DNA of 64,000 nt from Phoronis australis (Eukaryota; Animalia; Phoronida): NCBI GenBank assembly GCA_002633005.1, contig NMRA01000218.1, positions 598,931 to 662,930 of the forward strand. The letters are read 5' to 3'. How positions within the stretch are numbered: the first letter of the stretch is position 1; every line of letters begins with the position of its first letter. The notes under the pieces are model-generated. The model was not told the DNA's origin and did not search any database. It was given only the letters and a program-made list of their open reading frames with translations. Positions 13,901 through 26,384 of the stretch are shown in pieces. The position numbers were made by a program, and so were the translations under genes.

Positions 13901-16900
13901 CAGCCAGAGTGACTGGCTGCTTTTTGAAGCTATGACAATAGCAAAAATTATGCAAAAATTCAAATGCTTTATTGTTACAGCATAAATTCTCTTGGGTATT
14001 TTAAAGCAAAACACATTTCTGGAAATGTCTGAAGCGACAACACAAGTTTCTCAGAACTCAACCCACGTATTTTTTGCCTCAGTTCTTCCTCCAACACTGG
14101 ATGCTCGTCTGCTCCGGCCAAGAACTCCACGTAAGCTTTCTCGACGAAGTCAAACTGGATCTAAACAAATTACATGACTGTTATACATATGTGCCACTGG
14201 CTAATGCTCACGTTTGCACAGTGGGTGTTTTCGGCCAAAATATCACTCCCCAAAACGGGACATGAAAAGAGTTCAGAAGATTTAAATTATTTTACGTCTG
14301 CGCACGATAGCAGACGTTATTTTTAGTACGCCAAACTTTATGGTCACACATCATCATCGCTAGACTTGAGCCAACAGTTGCATATTTGAATGCCGATATA
14401 GAAGATTAAAACCCACTTTACAGTTCTATAGGTCAGCGGACCCTATGCGAGACACATTTAGGTGAAATTTTGTAGATATTATATAGTCATCCACCAAAAT
14501 AACCCAAAGCATAAGAACTACTTCTTAGGTATACAGTAAGCATAAAAAATATTCAGACAATACAAACCAAAATTCCTTGTCATGACAGCCTTTCAGAAGT
14601 CAAATTAATTGTCAAAGAAGACTTCATTCAAGACAAAGACAAAGGATAAGTTACAGGAAATTAAGAGAAGTGGCTAAGCCATCCTGTAAATGGAATTTTG
14701 CCGCCGTATCAGTCAGAATTAGCTGTCATGATGGGGAAACGGTATTTTGTCTCGAATTTTCTTTTCACATACTGTAATACCCTTAGCAGGATAGGTGTGA
14801 TCTGACTTAATAACAATAACATCTTACAGACCAATCAGCTGGTCAGATTATTCGCCACTAATTCCACAGAATTTATGTCCTCTGTGTTGAGCTTAGGCCG
14901 TAGTTAAAACAGAGGCCAAAGCAATCAAGTCTTTGCTAAAAGAAAACCGGCGACACAATGAATCGTCACTACATCTCACCTTGCTGTCCGACTCACAGTC
15001 GATTTCTTCACCCACCAAAGGAAACATGATAGCCTCTGGCTCTGTGTGCAGCGCAAACTGCAATAAGAAAACAGCTGCATTAAAAACATGAAGGTCGATT
15101 CAGAGCATAAAGACTTATTGCATGGCGCATTGATAATTTTTTTTGCGTGTCTGAAGTCAAATTAACGGACAATCTGAGGTACATCCACAGATACCTCAGA
15201 CGGGTGATAGAATAGAAAAGAAAACAAAACAAGTCCGTTCCAACAATCACATGACAATGATGGTGTTAGCATGTTAAAATCACTAATCTTTGTATTCAAA
15301 ATCGAAACCAATATTTTTGATAGTTTTCCTACCATTCTTTTGTAAATTCAAGATACGTGTCCTTTAATGAGTGATAGAGTGCATTATGGTTCACGTGGGT
15401 GATTGTCTATTCTTAATTTGCACTTAATGACCCCAGCATTAAAGCAGCAAGTTTCAGTTTGAACTTAAAATTTCGCGATTTTAGTCAAAATCTTGAGTTT
15501 ATACTCGAGTTAGTAGCTTGAAATCATGAGTCACCAAGAGCAATCATGGAGCAGAAAAATCGTCCACCCAAACCATAATGTACTCTGGCACTGAATGATA
15601 GACAAATATCTTGAGTTTGCACAAAAACAGAACAGAATTTGTCAAAAATAATTGCGAGTACAAAAATTAAGGCCCCGACCGTGATGTCTGACGCACAGCC
15701 AGTATTCACTGTATCGGTAGCGCCAGTGTAGTTCAAACCACACTAAAGAAAATAAGATCAGCACATGGACTTCTACAGTTGTAACCTATTTCATTCTCTT
15801 TTCGTCACAAGAACAAATACTGTCATTCACAGAATTCACCCATTAAATTGAGAAAAGAACGTAGTCCTCATAATGGGTTGTGCGCTTGATCACCAAAAAT
15901 CTATTGTTAGTTAGTAATTTACCTCTGACAGTCAAAGCTGGGTCACGGTATTATTTTACGAATAGCACAGCAGTTCTCCAGTTATTTCAGAGAAAATGCA
16001 TATTGCCAAGACTTGACAACTTTCTATTTTCAAAGGCTGGTAACATTAAGCAATTTGAATTTTACTACAGCGTATTGTACAAAGCCTAAAAAGAATGAAG
16101 CAGAATTTCTTCAAAATAAACTTCCACAATTCTGTGCAATCGTAAGCTAAACAGAAAAAAACTGCCACGAGAACAGACAGTATTTGTAGGTTATACAATA
16201 CAATTCAACAGCTTAAGTTAGTATATGGAAACAAAGACCGACTTCCAAGTGACGCGTCCATCATACAGCCTACCTGAACCAGATGTATGAGCCACCTGAG
16301 AGCAGCCANCTTTGCTAAAAGAAAACCGGCGACACAATGAATCGTCACTTCATCTCACCTTGCTGTCTGACTCACAGTCGATTTCTTCACCCACCAAAGG
16401 AAACATGATAGCCTCTGGCTCCGTGTGCAGCGCAAACTGCAATAAGAAAACAGCTGCATTAAAAACATGAAGGTCGATTCAGAACATAAAGACTTATTGC
16501 ATGGCGCATTGATAATTTTTTTGCGCGTCTGTAGTCAAATTAACGGACAATCTGAGGTACATCCACAGATACCTCAGACGGGTGATAGAATAGACAAGAA
16601 AACAAAACAAAACAAGTCCGTTCCGACAAACACATGACAATGATGGTGTTAGCATGTCAAAATCACTAATCTTTGTATTCAAAATCGAAACCAATATTTT
16701 TGATAGTTTTCCTACCATTCTTTTGTTGATTCAAGATACGTGTCCTTTAATGTGTGCTAGAGTGCATTATGGTTCACGTGGGTGATTGTCTATTCTTAAT
16801 TTGCACTTGATGACCCCAGCATTAAAGCAGCAAGTTTCAGTTTGAACTTAAAATTTCGAGATTTTAGTCAAAATCTTGAGTTTATAATCGAGTTTGTAGC

Positions 16901-19900
16901 TTGAATTCATGAGTCACCAAGAGCAATCATGGAGCAGACAACCGTCCACCCAAACCATAATGTACTCTGGCACTGAATGATAGACACATATCTTGAGTTT
17001 GCACAAAAACAGAACAGAATTTGTCAAAAATAATTGCGAGTACAAAAATTAAGGCCCCGACCGTGATGTCTGACACACAGCCAGTATTCACTGTATCGGT
17101 AGCGCCAGTGTAGTTCAAACCACACTAAAGAAAATAAGATCAGCACATGGACTTCTACAGCTATAACCTATTTCATTCTCTTTTCGTCACAAGAACAAAT
17201 ACTGTCATTCACAGAATTCACCCATTAAATTGAGAAAAGAACGTAGTCCTCATAATGGGTTGTGCGCTTGATCACCAAAAATCTATTGTTAGTTAGTAAT
17301 TTACCTCTGACAGTCAAAGCTGGGTCACGGTATTATTTTACGAATAGCACAGCAGTTCTCCAGTTATTTCAAAGAAAATGCATATTGCCAAGACTTGACA
17401 ACTTTCTATTTTCAAAGGCTGGTAACATTAAGCAATTTGAATTTTACTACAGCGTATTGTACAAAGCCTAAAAAGAATGAAGCAGAATTTCTTCAAAATA
17501 AACTTCCACAATTCTGTGCAATCGTAAGCTAAACAGAAAAAAACTGCCACGAGAACAGACAGTATTTGTAGGTTATACAATACAATTCAACAGCTTAAGT
17601 TAGTATATGGAAACAAAGACCGACTTCCAAGTGACGCGTCCATCATACAGCCTACCTGAACCAGATGTATGAGCCACCTGAGAGCAGCCAACAGGTGTGG
17701 CCAGGTGTGGGGAGAGCCAACGGAGAACATGGACTGTTTAGAGATGGTGAACGGGTAGTGGAGAGACTTGAAGATCTTGGGGATCTCTTCCTCGTGTTTT
17801 GGACCTATCTTGTACTTGGGGTCTACGAACTGCATCATGAACTGGAATGGGGTAAGAGTGCTGGTTAGCGAGACAACTTCAACACATCCAGTCATCTGGG
17901 TGAAGTTGGCAAAACACTTTCAACATACAAATCCTGGACTTTGTGGTGTTTTGGGAAATAAACATCTTAGTCTGCCTAAATTGGCATATACCCTTCAATT
18001 ATCCAGTTCGTGACTTAAGCTATCGCAAATGCCAAATGAGTTTGCACAGGTTGAGATCAAAGTCTCAATTCTCTCAAAATTTGACTGCCTGTATTAAATC
18101 TCAAATTGTCAAATACGTGTATTGCAATTATAATCTCACCAATTTTCAATAAAATTATGATGTTCCCATGATCTACACATTGGTGAACCATCTCCACTGT
18201 CAATGCCACCTGTGGTGATCTATATCAGCAGTGACATATCAAGTTACTACACTTTTACTATAACTCACCTCAAATATCCTGATGAAATCCTTGGTCTGTG
18301 GAGTGTGCAGCACCTTAGTGCTAATCTGATGTGGATAGCCTTGTTGGCAAAGAAACTGGAACAGAGTTGCACAACTTTGCACATTAGTTATATTACCCGT
18401 GTTAAAGCATACTGTTTACAGTTCAAGTCAAAAGTGTATGAATTGATTGTTATTTTCAAGTTTCAAGGAAGCTCAAATTTACGGAGTAATGGATCTGAAG
18501 ACATCTACTATACTAACAACAAGTACACACTCTCAATCACTCCTTAAGGCTGGTCCAAGTTGCAAAAAACTTCAAAGGTTATCCTCTGGATTGTAGCTTG
18601 ACGTAATGCGCATTGTTTGACAATGCCGACGTGACATTGTCGTTAATCATGTATCTTTTAAATACAACACCAGGACAGCGGTGCTCTAGTTAGAGTTTGG
18701 ACGGCCAATCTGCTAAACAGTAGTACTGCTTTTAAGTCAAAAACAGGACCAGTAACAGACACCTTACTCAGCTTAGTTCCAAGAACAACACAACATTAAT
18801 AATATCAGTTCTTGGACAAATTAGAAGAAGTGGAAAACAAAACCAATGCTCTAGTGCAGCATGAAAATTAAGTTTCGATATTAATCAAATATCATCAGGT
18901 ACAATACTAGACAGATAGTTTGTTTTCTGTCTACTATTGTACCTAATGATGATATTAAATTAATATTGAAACTTCATTTTTGTGCTGCACTCTAGCGTAG
19001 TTTTTGTTCTCCACTTCTTACTTCTAACACAACTTTAATGATTAGATACAATTTCTAACTTTGGCCAGGAACGAGCCAAGACATATCTTGTAGTGGTAAG
19101 TGAACCAATTCAGTGGTGATTTGACATTGAAACTCTGGTGAAGATGGGTGTTTTGTGCCTTAAAGATCACAAGTGCATTTTCAACTGGCAAGGTCTTTCA
19201 AATGGCAAACAATGTACCACAGCACTGCCACACAGCTCTATGCCCTCCAAATCCAAGCAGGATAAAAAATGGACACGTGAAAACACCTAACAAAAGTACA
19301 GTCAGTACACTTCTTTAAGATAGACAACAACCTTTCCGCAATATCTTTTAACAAAAGAACACAATAATGTCTAAAATTCATACCTCAACAATTAAACGAA
19401 TTGTTTCCTCCTTGAACTTTCTGTCTGTCACTGGTCGGAGTTCTTTGACCACTTCAGGACCATAATTGCGGCCATACCCACTTGAACGCCTAATACAGGA
19501 AGAACAGAGCATTGCATGGTCATCTCACTTCAGGGCAGAAAATCACAATCATGCACAACCAAGATGGAACAGATGGAAACGACACAGAGAATCGAAGAAC
19601 GAAAAGTGAACACTAAAAGACAGAGAATGCATTTATGATTAATGGCAAGGCACAGTTTGTCACATCTCAAAATTTCCAAAATGACACAGGGAAGTCGTAA
19701 TTGTCACGTTTTGTCGCCCTTTGCAAGTGTAAGTTACAGCAACTTAGCGTTTGTTTCGAATGACCAATGACAAAAAACGCGGAAACTTTTACGGCCCAAA
19801 TCACACGCGCTACCCAGCCTTGAAATGGTTGATGTGAACCTTTCCCCGACAAACCAAAAATCGGGAGGACTAAAGAAAAAAAAAAGTTACCACCATCAGT

Positions 19901-21344
19901 AGCATGCGTCTGCGTCCTTTTAGCTTGTCCGTCCACTCCCAACCCACACATTTTTGGCTGCAGAGCTGTAGTATTTGTCGCCGCGGTTTACAATAACACG
20001 AGACGCCATTGAAAATCCCACCACGCAATCCCAGATGCCCCGGCAATGTTGACAATTTACGTTCCTCCGAAACATAAAGAGCAACTTTTCGAGGAGAACG
20101 TCGTCTGCAACGCCGCGGTAAGAAAGGAATTTGCCGTGGAAATTTTATATCAAATCCGATTTATAATAAAATGCGCGGACAGAACATTTGAAAAAAGCGG
20201 AAATCCGCGTTTCCGCGGAAAATTCCAAGTCCTGGAAAAAAGGAAACACCATTTGATACAGCATAAAATAAATGTAAATCCAAGAAAACATTCACACTTA
20301 CTACTTGGCTCATGTTTTAGCACAGAATTCTCAAAATGTCACAGAATTTCAGAAAAAAATGCCACCATGTGACAGTGAATCCATTTTCTAAAAGGATCAC
20401 AAAAGTAGACGATGTTAAACTGAGCAATTTCTTTAAGTGACAATTCACTGCTGAAAACTTAAAACAGCACTTATTTTCCCTGTCACGGCTCAACATGAAA
20501 TCATTGCAATTTTGCCTATCACACTGGACTAAAAATTCTTTGCGAAGGTAGCATAGGCCTTTGAAATTTCTGTTAAAATAATCAACTGTGACAGGATTTT
20601 GAAAAGTTACCTCTCTGAGATTCTGAAAATTTTTGACTCACAAAATGCTCAAGATGGCCTTTGGCAGTGACTAAGAAAGCTCTACCAAGGCAAAGTGAAT
20701 TTCAAGGCTTATTAAATATAGAAATAAACAGCATGAGGTAAAGTAGCACCAATTTCAGACAAAATTGATGACATTTTATTTTTCAAAAGTTTTTAATGTT
20801 ATTTTAAACACCCACAATTTCTCAGAAATGTTGTGTGACATAGACAGGTCTGTCTTATAGCATGTCTTTGAGGCTACTTATCCTTTTGTCAAAAATCCCA
20901 AAAAAATTTCACTTGCCGGCCATATTGTGTTGTAACTTAGTTAGATTTTTAGTGTTGATATTGTTTTTGTAAATGGTTTTACAAGAGAAAATGCAATTTA
21001 TATGCATTACCAGGCCTTTCCTTAAGGCAAATGAAATTCCAGGAAAAATTTACATGCCTTCCAACACGCATACGCAAGATACGCTCATTGTGCGCTCACC
21101 TGGTTTTTCCAAACAGATTTGAAGAAGTGGCCGTGCTGGACTGTTGTTGGTGCTTGGGAATAAATGACTTTCGAGACTTCAATGAGCTTCCAAAAGCGGC
21201 CCCAGAAGACTGGCGCCCCCCGATGGATGACCTGCCACCTAGCGAAGACCGACTTCCAGAATTACGACTGGTTGCCTTGGTAACACCTCCTTCGTTCTTC
21301 ACACGTAAAGGCAGTAAGGACTGCCGTCCGCTTGAACGTCTCAT
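4907..21344 (-). CDS. NDC80: Kinetochore protein NDC80/HEC1 (15 coding exons, ~627 aa)
   Basis: Exons: 21100-21344, 19384-19489, 18269-18355, 17656-17841, 16359-16436 (duplicate 14980-15057), 14067-14160, 13523-13617, 11954-12098, 11404-11609, 10020-10172, 9262-9351, 8531-8623, 7826-7956, 7076-7178, 4907-4978. All junctions are GT-AG with matching phases, total 1884 nt. The protein has a basic Ser-rich tail, the CH domain motif YPFTISKQSMFSVGSPHTWPHLLAALRWL, the loop motif LKLIPPSAENAFGRDYE and long coiled coils. Confidence 0.95.
5272..6945 (-). mobile_element. Helentron/HINE-like non-autonomous element with ~160-bp degenerate tandem units
   Basis: The minus-strand start is ttttatatgcctac...ggggcac followed by (gtct/gtcc)n, and it ends in CTTGT. 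Internal units share aaatttcat and gccac(t/a)agggggcac with the 3690-4572 element. Confidence 0.6.
7076..7178 (-). CDS. NDC80: NDC80 exon 14
   Basis: CETRLKAMNQKENAYMDFITTALTQIMEHKALIE. Confidence 0.87.
7826..7956 (-). CDS. NDC80: NDC80 exon 13
   Basis: SMQRELLKAQKDLEVHQTELAELKQSMKRSVHEAEELLSQTKI. Confidence 0.88.
8206..8518. repeat. Minisatellite, 62 bp x 5
   Basis: Unit ttcaaagtactacacaaatctatgttgaatcaatctgaggcaccgcacggctcaccgccaga in near-identical copies; starts 12 bp from the NDC80 exon 12 donor. Confidence 0.97.
8531..8623 (-). CDS. NDC80: NDC80 exon 12
   Basis: VNEMVAYKREEISVLEANVKEAEDDIECKKE. Confidence 0.88.
8990..9245. repeat. Degenerate ~29-bp tandem repeat
   Basis: Recurrent ctcttcaaagaggtgcccct..ccaac units next to the NDC80 exon 11 donor. 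Confidence 0.75.
9262..9351 (-). CDS. NDC80: NDC80 exon 11
   Basis: PALTQMKNQCNEKVHEAEARKISEMDALEQ. Confidence 0.9.
10020..10172 (-). CDS. NDC80: NDC80 exon 10 (loop region)
   Basis: VDAKCQNYNKMAQMLKLIPPSAENAFGRDYEMRANFNSYGQGSVDFNNLIK. Confidence 0.95.
10600..10836. mobile_element. Putative MITE
   Basis: Imperfect TIR gggttgtgttccgtaga ... tctacagaacactaccc. Confidence 0.5.
11404..11609 (-). CDS. NDC80: NDC80 exon 9
   Basis: TEMEALQEEMSRMQHIFDTQELSPADVERLN...VWDMEMNIGKSQER. Confidence 0.93.
11954..12098 (-). CDS. NDC80: NDC80 exon 8
   Basis: DRLSDMKTRYQVIVHDDQKYQNYLSEMDSHRKLQEQKYKEVQDEQRAL. Confidence 0.92.
13523..13617 (-). CDS. NDC80: NDC80 exon 7
   Basis: AKTEGLSGGLEHLVSENNRLRAELDALESEP. 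Confidence 0.9.
14067..14160 (-). CDS. NDC80: NDC80 exon 6
   Basis: IQFDFVEKAYVEFLAGADEHPVLEEELRQKI. Confidence 0.9.
14980..15057 (-). CDS. NDC80: NDC80 exon 5, second (probably allelic) copy
   Basis: Same peptide as 16359-16436 with synonymous differences; lies in the block duplicated across the N at 16309. Confidence 0.75.
16359..16436 (-). CDS. NDC80: NDC80 exon 5
   Basis: FALHTEPEAIMFPLVGEEIDCESDSK, flanked by CAG and GTGAG, phase 0/0. Confidence 0.85.
17656..17841 (-). CDS. NDC80: NDC80 exon 4
   Basis: FMMQFVDPKYKIGPKHEEEIPKIFKSLHYPFTISKQSMFSVGSPHTWPHLLAALRWLIHLVQ. Confidence 0.96.
18269..18355 (-). CDS. NDC80: NDC80 exon 3
   Basis: FLCQQGYPHQISTKVLHTPQTKDFIRIFE, CH domain. Confidence 0.92.
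18822..19025. repeat. ~200-bp imperfect palindrome (foldback/MITE-like)
   Basis: gaagtggaaaacaaaa...aggtacaatactagacaga / tctgtctactattgtacct...ttttgttctccacttc. Confidence 0.85.
19384..19489 (-). CDS. NDC80: NDC80 exon 2
   Basis: RSSGYGRNYGPEVVKELRPVTDRKFKEETIRLIVE; compare NDC80 KDPRPLNDK. Confidence 0.9.
19758..20234. mobile_element. 5'-truncated copy of the CAGGGCTTGGAAT MITE family
   Basis: Highly similar to 47727-48211 and ends aattccaagtcctg. Confidence 0.85.
21100..21344 (-). CDS. NDC80: NDC80 coding exon 1 (N-terminal tail)
   Basis: MRRSSGRQSLLPLRV...NLFGKT; donor GTGAG at 21099. An acceptor CAG 5 nt upstream of the ATG implies a non-coding 5' exon. Confidence 0.9.
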
Positions 21345-21706
21345 TTTGCCTGATTTTTAAATGAAAATGCAAAGTTATTGCGTGGTTTTGATGTTACGCT
21401 TTGTACTTGAGACATAAGGTGACTTTGAATTTGACTACAGCAAACCTCTTACATATTCCATGGTGATGATCCACAATATTTAGGGACGGATAGTGCACAT
21501 ACGACAAAGACAGACAAGAGCAGGGCACAGCATTGATATGTGCACTGCAAACGGTGAAAAAATAGGGGTGGTTATGTTTCAATAATTTCCATGGTAGTTG
21601 AACATCCAAAAATCAACATCAGTTGCACAAGCTCTCCTCTAGTGATAAAAATGTTGGGTCTACACTATTATTAGAGTCTACTATTATTGCTGTCTCTACT
21701 ACTATT

Positions 21707-22020
21707 CTAGGCAATGACCATCGCCTCTGTTGGCCCGAAGCAGAGGCGATGTAGAGGCTATAGGCGCTCTTTACGCCGGAAGTTTTTCGGCGAATTATGC
21801 CTCGCACCGACTAAACCATCAAAATCACGTTGTTATAAATACCTTTTGCGCATAGAGGAACACCTTAGGAGGTTGTCGATGTGTTTAATTCCTTCCAACT
21901 CGAACAAATACTCCCGTTATGAAACTTTTTCTTTGAGCAGTCCCTATTTCAGTTCCCAAAATCGTGAAATCAACTTTTTCATTTTTAACCAGGCCGAAGG
22001 TCAGAAGTTGCGGACCTACC
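21707..22020. repeat. Interspersed repeat, near-identical to 63686-64000
   Basis: ctaggcaatgaccatcgcctctgttggcccga...cagaagttgcg is present at both loci. Confidence 0.9.
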
Positions 22021-23213
22021 GGCGAACTTTGAAAGCTGAAGTTCCCACCCTTCGCGTACGTGCTGCCGGGAACCAGCCGTGCATTTGCCGTGTTGTTAAA
22101 CATTAAAATGTCAAATATGTGCNTAATCATCTGCTCTCGTCATCACCTTCGTCGTCTCTCTCACGATCGTATCTGTCATCGTCATGTTATCGTCGTCCAT
22201 GTTGACTGATGAAAAAGGAACAGAGCGTGTTGTAGCAAATCGCCGATAGATGGCGCTAGATATAGTAAGTTCCCTGAAATGGCTGATGATTTCACAATGC
22301 GCGTGGCTAACGCTAAAGTGTACCAAGTTCAGAATGGCGTAGTTATAGACTAGAGTAATTGAGGGTCGTGAAAAGGAAAGGATTTGTACGGATAGCCAGA
22401 TGTCTGAGGAATGCAACGATACCAAAATCATTCATTTAGACCAACATTTAGTGGATTTATTTGGAATAAGTTAGGGTCCATTATATCCGACTAGTGCCGT
22501 CACTTCCTTTTCAGTTTTCACTCAACTTTCATTCGTCTGTTTTCTGATTGGCATTGGTACCCATTTATGTATGCTTCATGTTGTTCACTCATCACATTCT
22601 AAAGTGTGCACACACGCCATTTATCACTTTTGCCTCATCAACAAACAAAGGCAAAGCTAACTTTCCTACATCTTTCAGTTGTTGTGTGGCCCAACAAAGA
22701 CGTGTGTGACCTGGGCTCAGTCATAAACTCATACTCAAATGGGTAAAAAACTGATGTCTTCTGGGTAAAAGTGGAGTAAACTGGTCTGTCTGTGCAATAT
22801 GTTCAGTGAAACTGGTTATCATAGCCAGGTTCTTGGTAGGCAACGCGTAGCCCCTTGGTTGGCCGGTTAGGGGCTACAATACTTCCCATCGCTTTTTGTA
22901 CGTATTTCGTCCTGTGTATTTTAAACGGGCGGTAGGCCAAATCCGGCCACCGATTAAGAGTTTTCACCTCGTCAAAAATACATTCAGGGCTCGACATAAC
23001 GAGCATTTGCGACCTTAAATTTGGAAATGCAAGTTGAAATTTTTGCCAGCTCGTATCAAGTCCCAAAATACGATCTAGAATTTCCAAGGTATGCGAACTG
23101 AGTTTTTACACTTCTCGGCAGATACCAGGCAAATATAAAGCAACTCGTGTGAATCCGACTGTTACTTGGTTGTTGCCAAATCAAGTTCAAAAGAACACTA
23201 ACTGGCAGATGAC

Positions 23214-26200
23214 CGTGACTTGGTAATGTGTGTCTCGTTTTTTATCACAAGACAGCAAACGTGAAAATGACAACCTTAATAAAATCGCCAAATGATGGTC
23301 ACGTCTTTACTTTCAGCAAAGTAGTTTTTGAGTCGCCAAGAAATTCTCAAATCCTTTACTTGTTTCTGGGGCTACGTGTGCGACATACAATTCGTCTGTC
23401 ACATGCTGTTGCCAACGTAAAGGGTTGGCTTACTCCAGTGATTCAAGTGCGTGAACTCTCGTGGGCGCACCATTTCAAAGCTGCACATCAAAACAGAACA
23501 CCGAGAGTCCTAAATGAAAGAGGCTACCGAATTTATTCTGTTAAGCACTCTGGTGCCGTAGATTTCCGGCGGCTAAGAAAGACCCAATGCTTTACGATAT
23601 TCCCCGGGGTCCGATATAGCCTAGAACTGATATTTTCCAGTTCTGTTGTTCTCCGGCATATGGAGAAGTTCTCGCTTACACTGGTGACAACTCTGATTGT
23701 CTAAGTCCCAGGCAACTTTTACCATGCCTATTCAGCACGCCCTTTGTATTGAAGTAGATCTGATCTAATGAATTGCTAGCATTACTGTCTCAACAATGCT
23801 TATTGTTAGTACTCCCAATGTGGTTTTCTCTGACATTTGCAGAGTTATAGCCTGCAACTCTGGAGAGTAGTTTTAGCTTGGTACATTATAAATATTTCAA
23901 AGTTATTAAAAAGGTTAACTTGTGTTTATCTTCACAAAGGGCCACTTCCTGAAGGAACGATAAGTTTCGTATTCGTTTTCTTTATTTAACTTTTAATGCT
24001 TCTGCCCAATTGTTTTTTTTTTACCAAGAACGGGTCGATAACTTTTCTAAGTTTTGAACTTGAAGTACCAAAACAGTGGTAGAGTTTGATCACCAGCTAA
24101 ACTCAATTAGTTAAGTTAATTGTGAGCCCATCCCTAAACTTACCACATTACAGGTACACTAAACATTTCACATGTCATTAAAGTTTAATCTTTATTAGAA
24201 CTCAAATCATAAAACATATACAAAAGTGCAAATGTGGTGATAACCAAACTGAAGATGTTCCCTATGCCCAATGATCTATGCCTGTAGCCAGCTATTGCAA
24301 CTTAATGAGTAGATGCGAAATTGTGGTTAGCGAACGTTTTATTCTTCTCTTCATGCACCCCTGCCAATTTTTCGCTTCCCGGACCATGCCGTAAAAATAA
24401 TTTTCAGACTCCTATAGAAAGAATCTTGTTTGGGTTAAAGCCAAATTATTCGGGATAGCTTGAAATTGACATGCAGCCTATATAGTGAGTCAATCTCATT
24501 TTACAGAACAAACTCAGTTTTCAAAGAAAACGTCTTTTCTCAACATGTAAAAACTAACCCCAGTTTTGTTTTATACCTCCGAAAGAAAGTAAGACTAGTG
24601 ATGGGTGTCGTTTTGTGACTGACCTATTTTTCCCCTACATGGAAGGTATTGAGAAGCAAAATTGAATTACCCGATGGAAACCCACACGGATTGGGAAATT
24701 ATTTCGAGACATTTCATTTTATGGAAAACTTAATTGTTGAGTACTTAAACAGCTTAAGTACAGCATTTTTGTTATGAAATTTGTACCCGCGCATCCGCAT
24801 ACGTCATTCGGCTAAGGCAATATTTCAAGAATTTTTTTCGATAGGATGTTTTTCAAGTAAGTTGCAAAGTTTGGGTTGCGAATGAAAAATGGAGGGAGTT
24901 TGCATTCAGAGTTAGTTTGGATCTTTAACGACGTTGATGACAGACCTAGCAAAATCGTGGATACNCGTGACTTGGTAATGTGCGTCTCGTTTTTTATCGC
25001 AAGACAGCAAACGTGAAAATGACAACCTTAATAAAATCGCCAAATGACGGTCACGTCTTTACTTTCAGCAGAGTAGTTTTTGAGTCGCCAAGAAATTCTC
25101 AAACCCTTTACTTGTTTCTGGGGCTATGTGCGCGACATACAATTCGTCTGTCACATGCTGTTGCCAACGTAAAGGGTTGGCTTACTCCAGTGATTCAAGT
25201 GCGTGAACTCTCGTGGGTGCACCATTCCAAAGCTGCACATCAAAAAAGAACACCGACAGTCCTAAATGAAAGAGGCTACCGAATTTACTCTGTTAAGCAC
25301 TCTGGTGCCAGTGGTTTATTTGACACTGAACTTCGTAGATTTCCGGCGGCTAAGAAAGACCTAATGCTTTACGATATTCCCCGGGGTCCGATGTAGCCTA
25401 GAACTGATATTTTCCAGTTCTGTTGTTCCCCGGCATGTGGAGAAGTTCTCGCTTACACTGGTGACAGCTCTGATTGCCTAAGTCCCAGGCAACTTTTACC
25501 ATGCCTATTCAGCACGCCCTTTGTATTGAAGTAGATCTGATCTAATGAATTGCTAGCATTACTGTCTCAACAATGCTTATTGTTAGTACTCCCAATGTGG
25601 TTTTCTCTGACATTTGTTATAGCCTGCAACTCTGGAGAGTAGTTTTAACTTGGTACATTATAAATATTTCAAAATGACTAAAAAGGTTAACTTGTGTTTA
25701 TCTTCACAAAGGGCCACTTCCTGAAGGAACGATAAGTTTCATATTCGTTTTCTTTATTTAACTTTTAATGCTTCTGCCCAATTGTTTTTTTTTTCTTACC
25801 AGGAACGGGTCGATAACTTTTCTAAGTTTTGAACTTGAAGTATCAAAACAGTGGTAGAGTTTGATTGCCAGCTAAACTCAATTAGTTAAGTTCATTGTGA
25901 GCCCATCCCTAAACTTACCACATTACAGGTACACTAAACATTTCACATGTCATTAAAGTTTAACATGTAAAAACTAACCCCAGTTTTGTTTTATACCTCC
26001 GAAAGAAAGTAAGACTAGTGATGGGTGTCGTTTTGTGACTGACCTATTTTTCCCCTACATGGAAGGTATTGAGAAGCAAAATTGAATTACCCGATGGAAA
26101 CCCACACGGATTGGGAAATTATTTCGAGACATTTCATTTTATGGAAAACTTAATTGTTGAGTACTTAAACAGCTTAAGTACAGCATTTTTGTTATGAAAT

Positions 26201-26384
26201 TTGTACCCGCGCATCCGCATACGTCATTCGGCTAAGGCAATATTTCAAGAATTTTTTTCGATAGGAAGTTTTTCAAGTAAGTTGCAAAGTTTGGGTTGCG
26301 AATGAAAAATGGAGGGAGTTTGCATTCAGAGTTAGTTTGGATCTTTAACGACGTTGATGACAGACCTAGCAAAATCGTGGATAC
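23214..26384. repeat. Tandem duplication across a single N (23214-24964 vs 24966-26384); likely uncollapsed haplotypes
   Basis: Near-identical copies. Copy 1 has an extra ~350 bp (about 24189-24541) and copy 2 an extra ~24 bp. Confidence 0.9.

Larger units (their letters stand above)
14931..17690. repeat. Tandem ~1.38-kb duplication across a single N (14931-16308 vs 16310-17690); likely uncollapsed haplotypes
   Basis: Near-identical copies with scattered SNPs and small indels. Copy 1 is cut off in the middle of exon 4 exactly at N16309. Confidence 0.9.

Noticed and set aside
21714-22106. ORF MTIASVGP... also at 63693 as a conserved small protein
   Set aside because: It lies within an interspersed repeat, the copies diverge in frame, and no protein motif is recognisable.
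23228-25396. Paired ORFs of 158 and 138 aa as a gene family
   Set aside because: There is no recognisable domain, the starts are non-ATG, and the two copies diverge in frame after an indel. They arise from the duplicated non-coding block.
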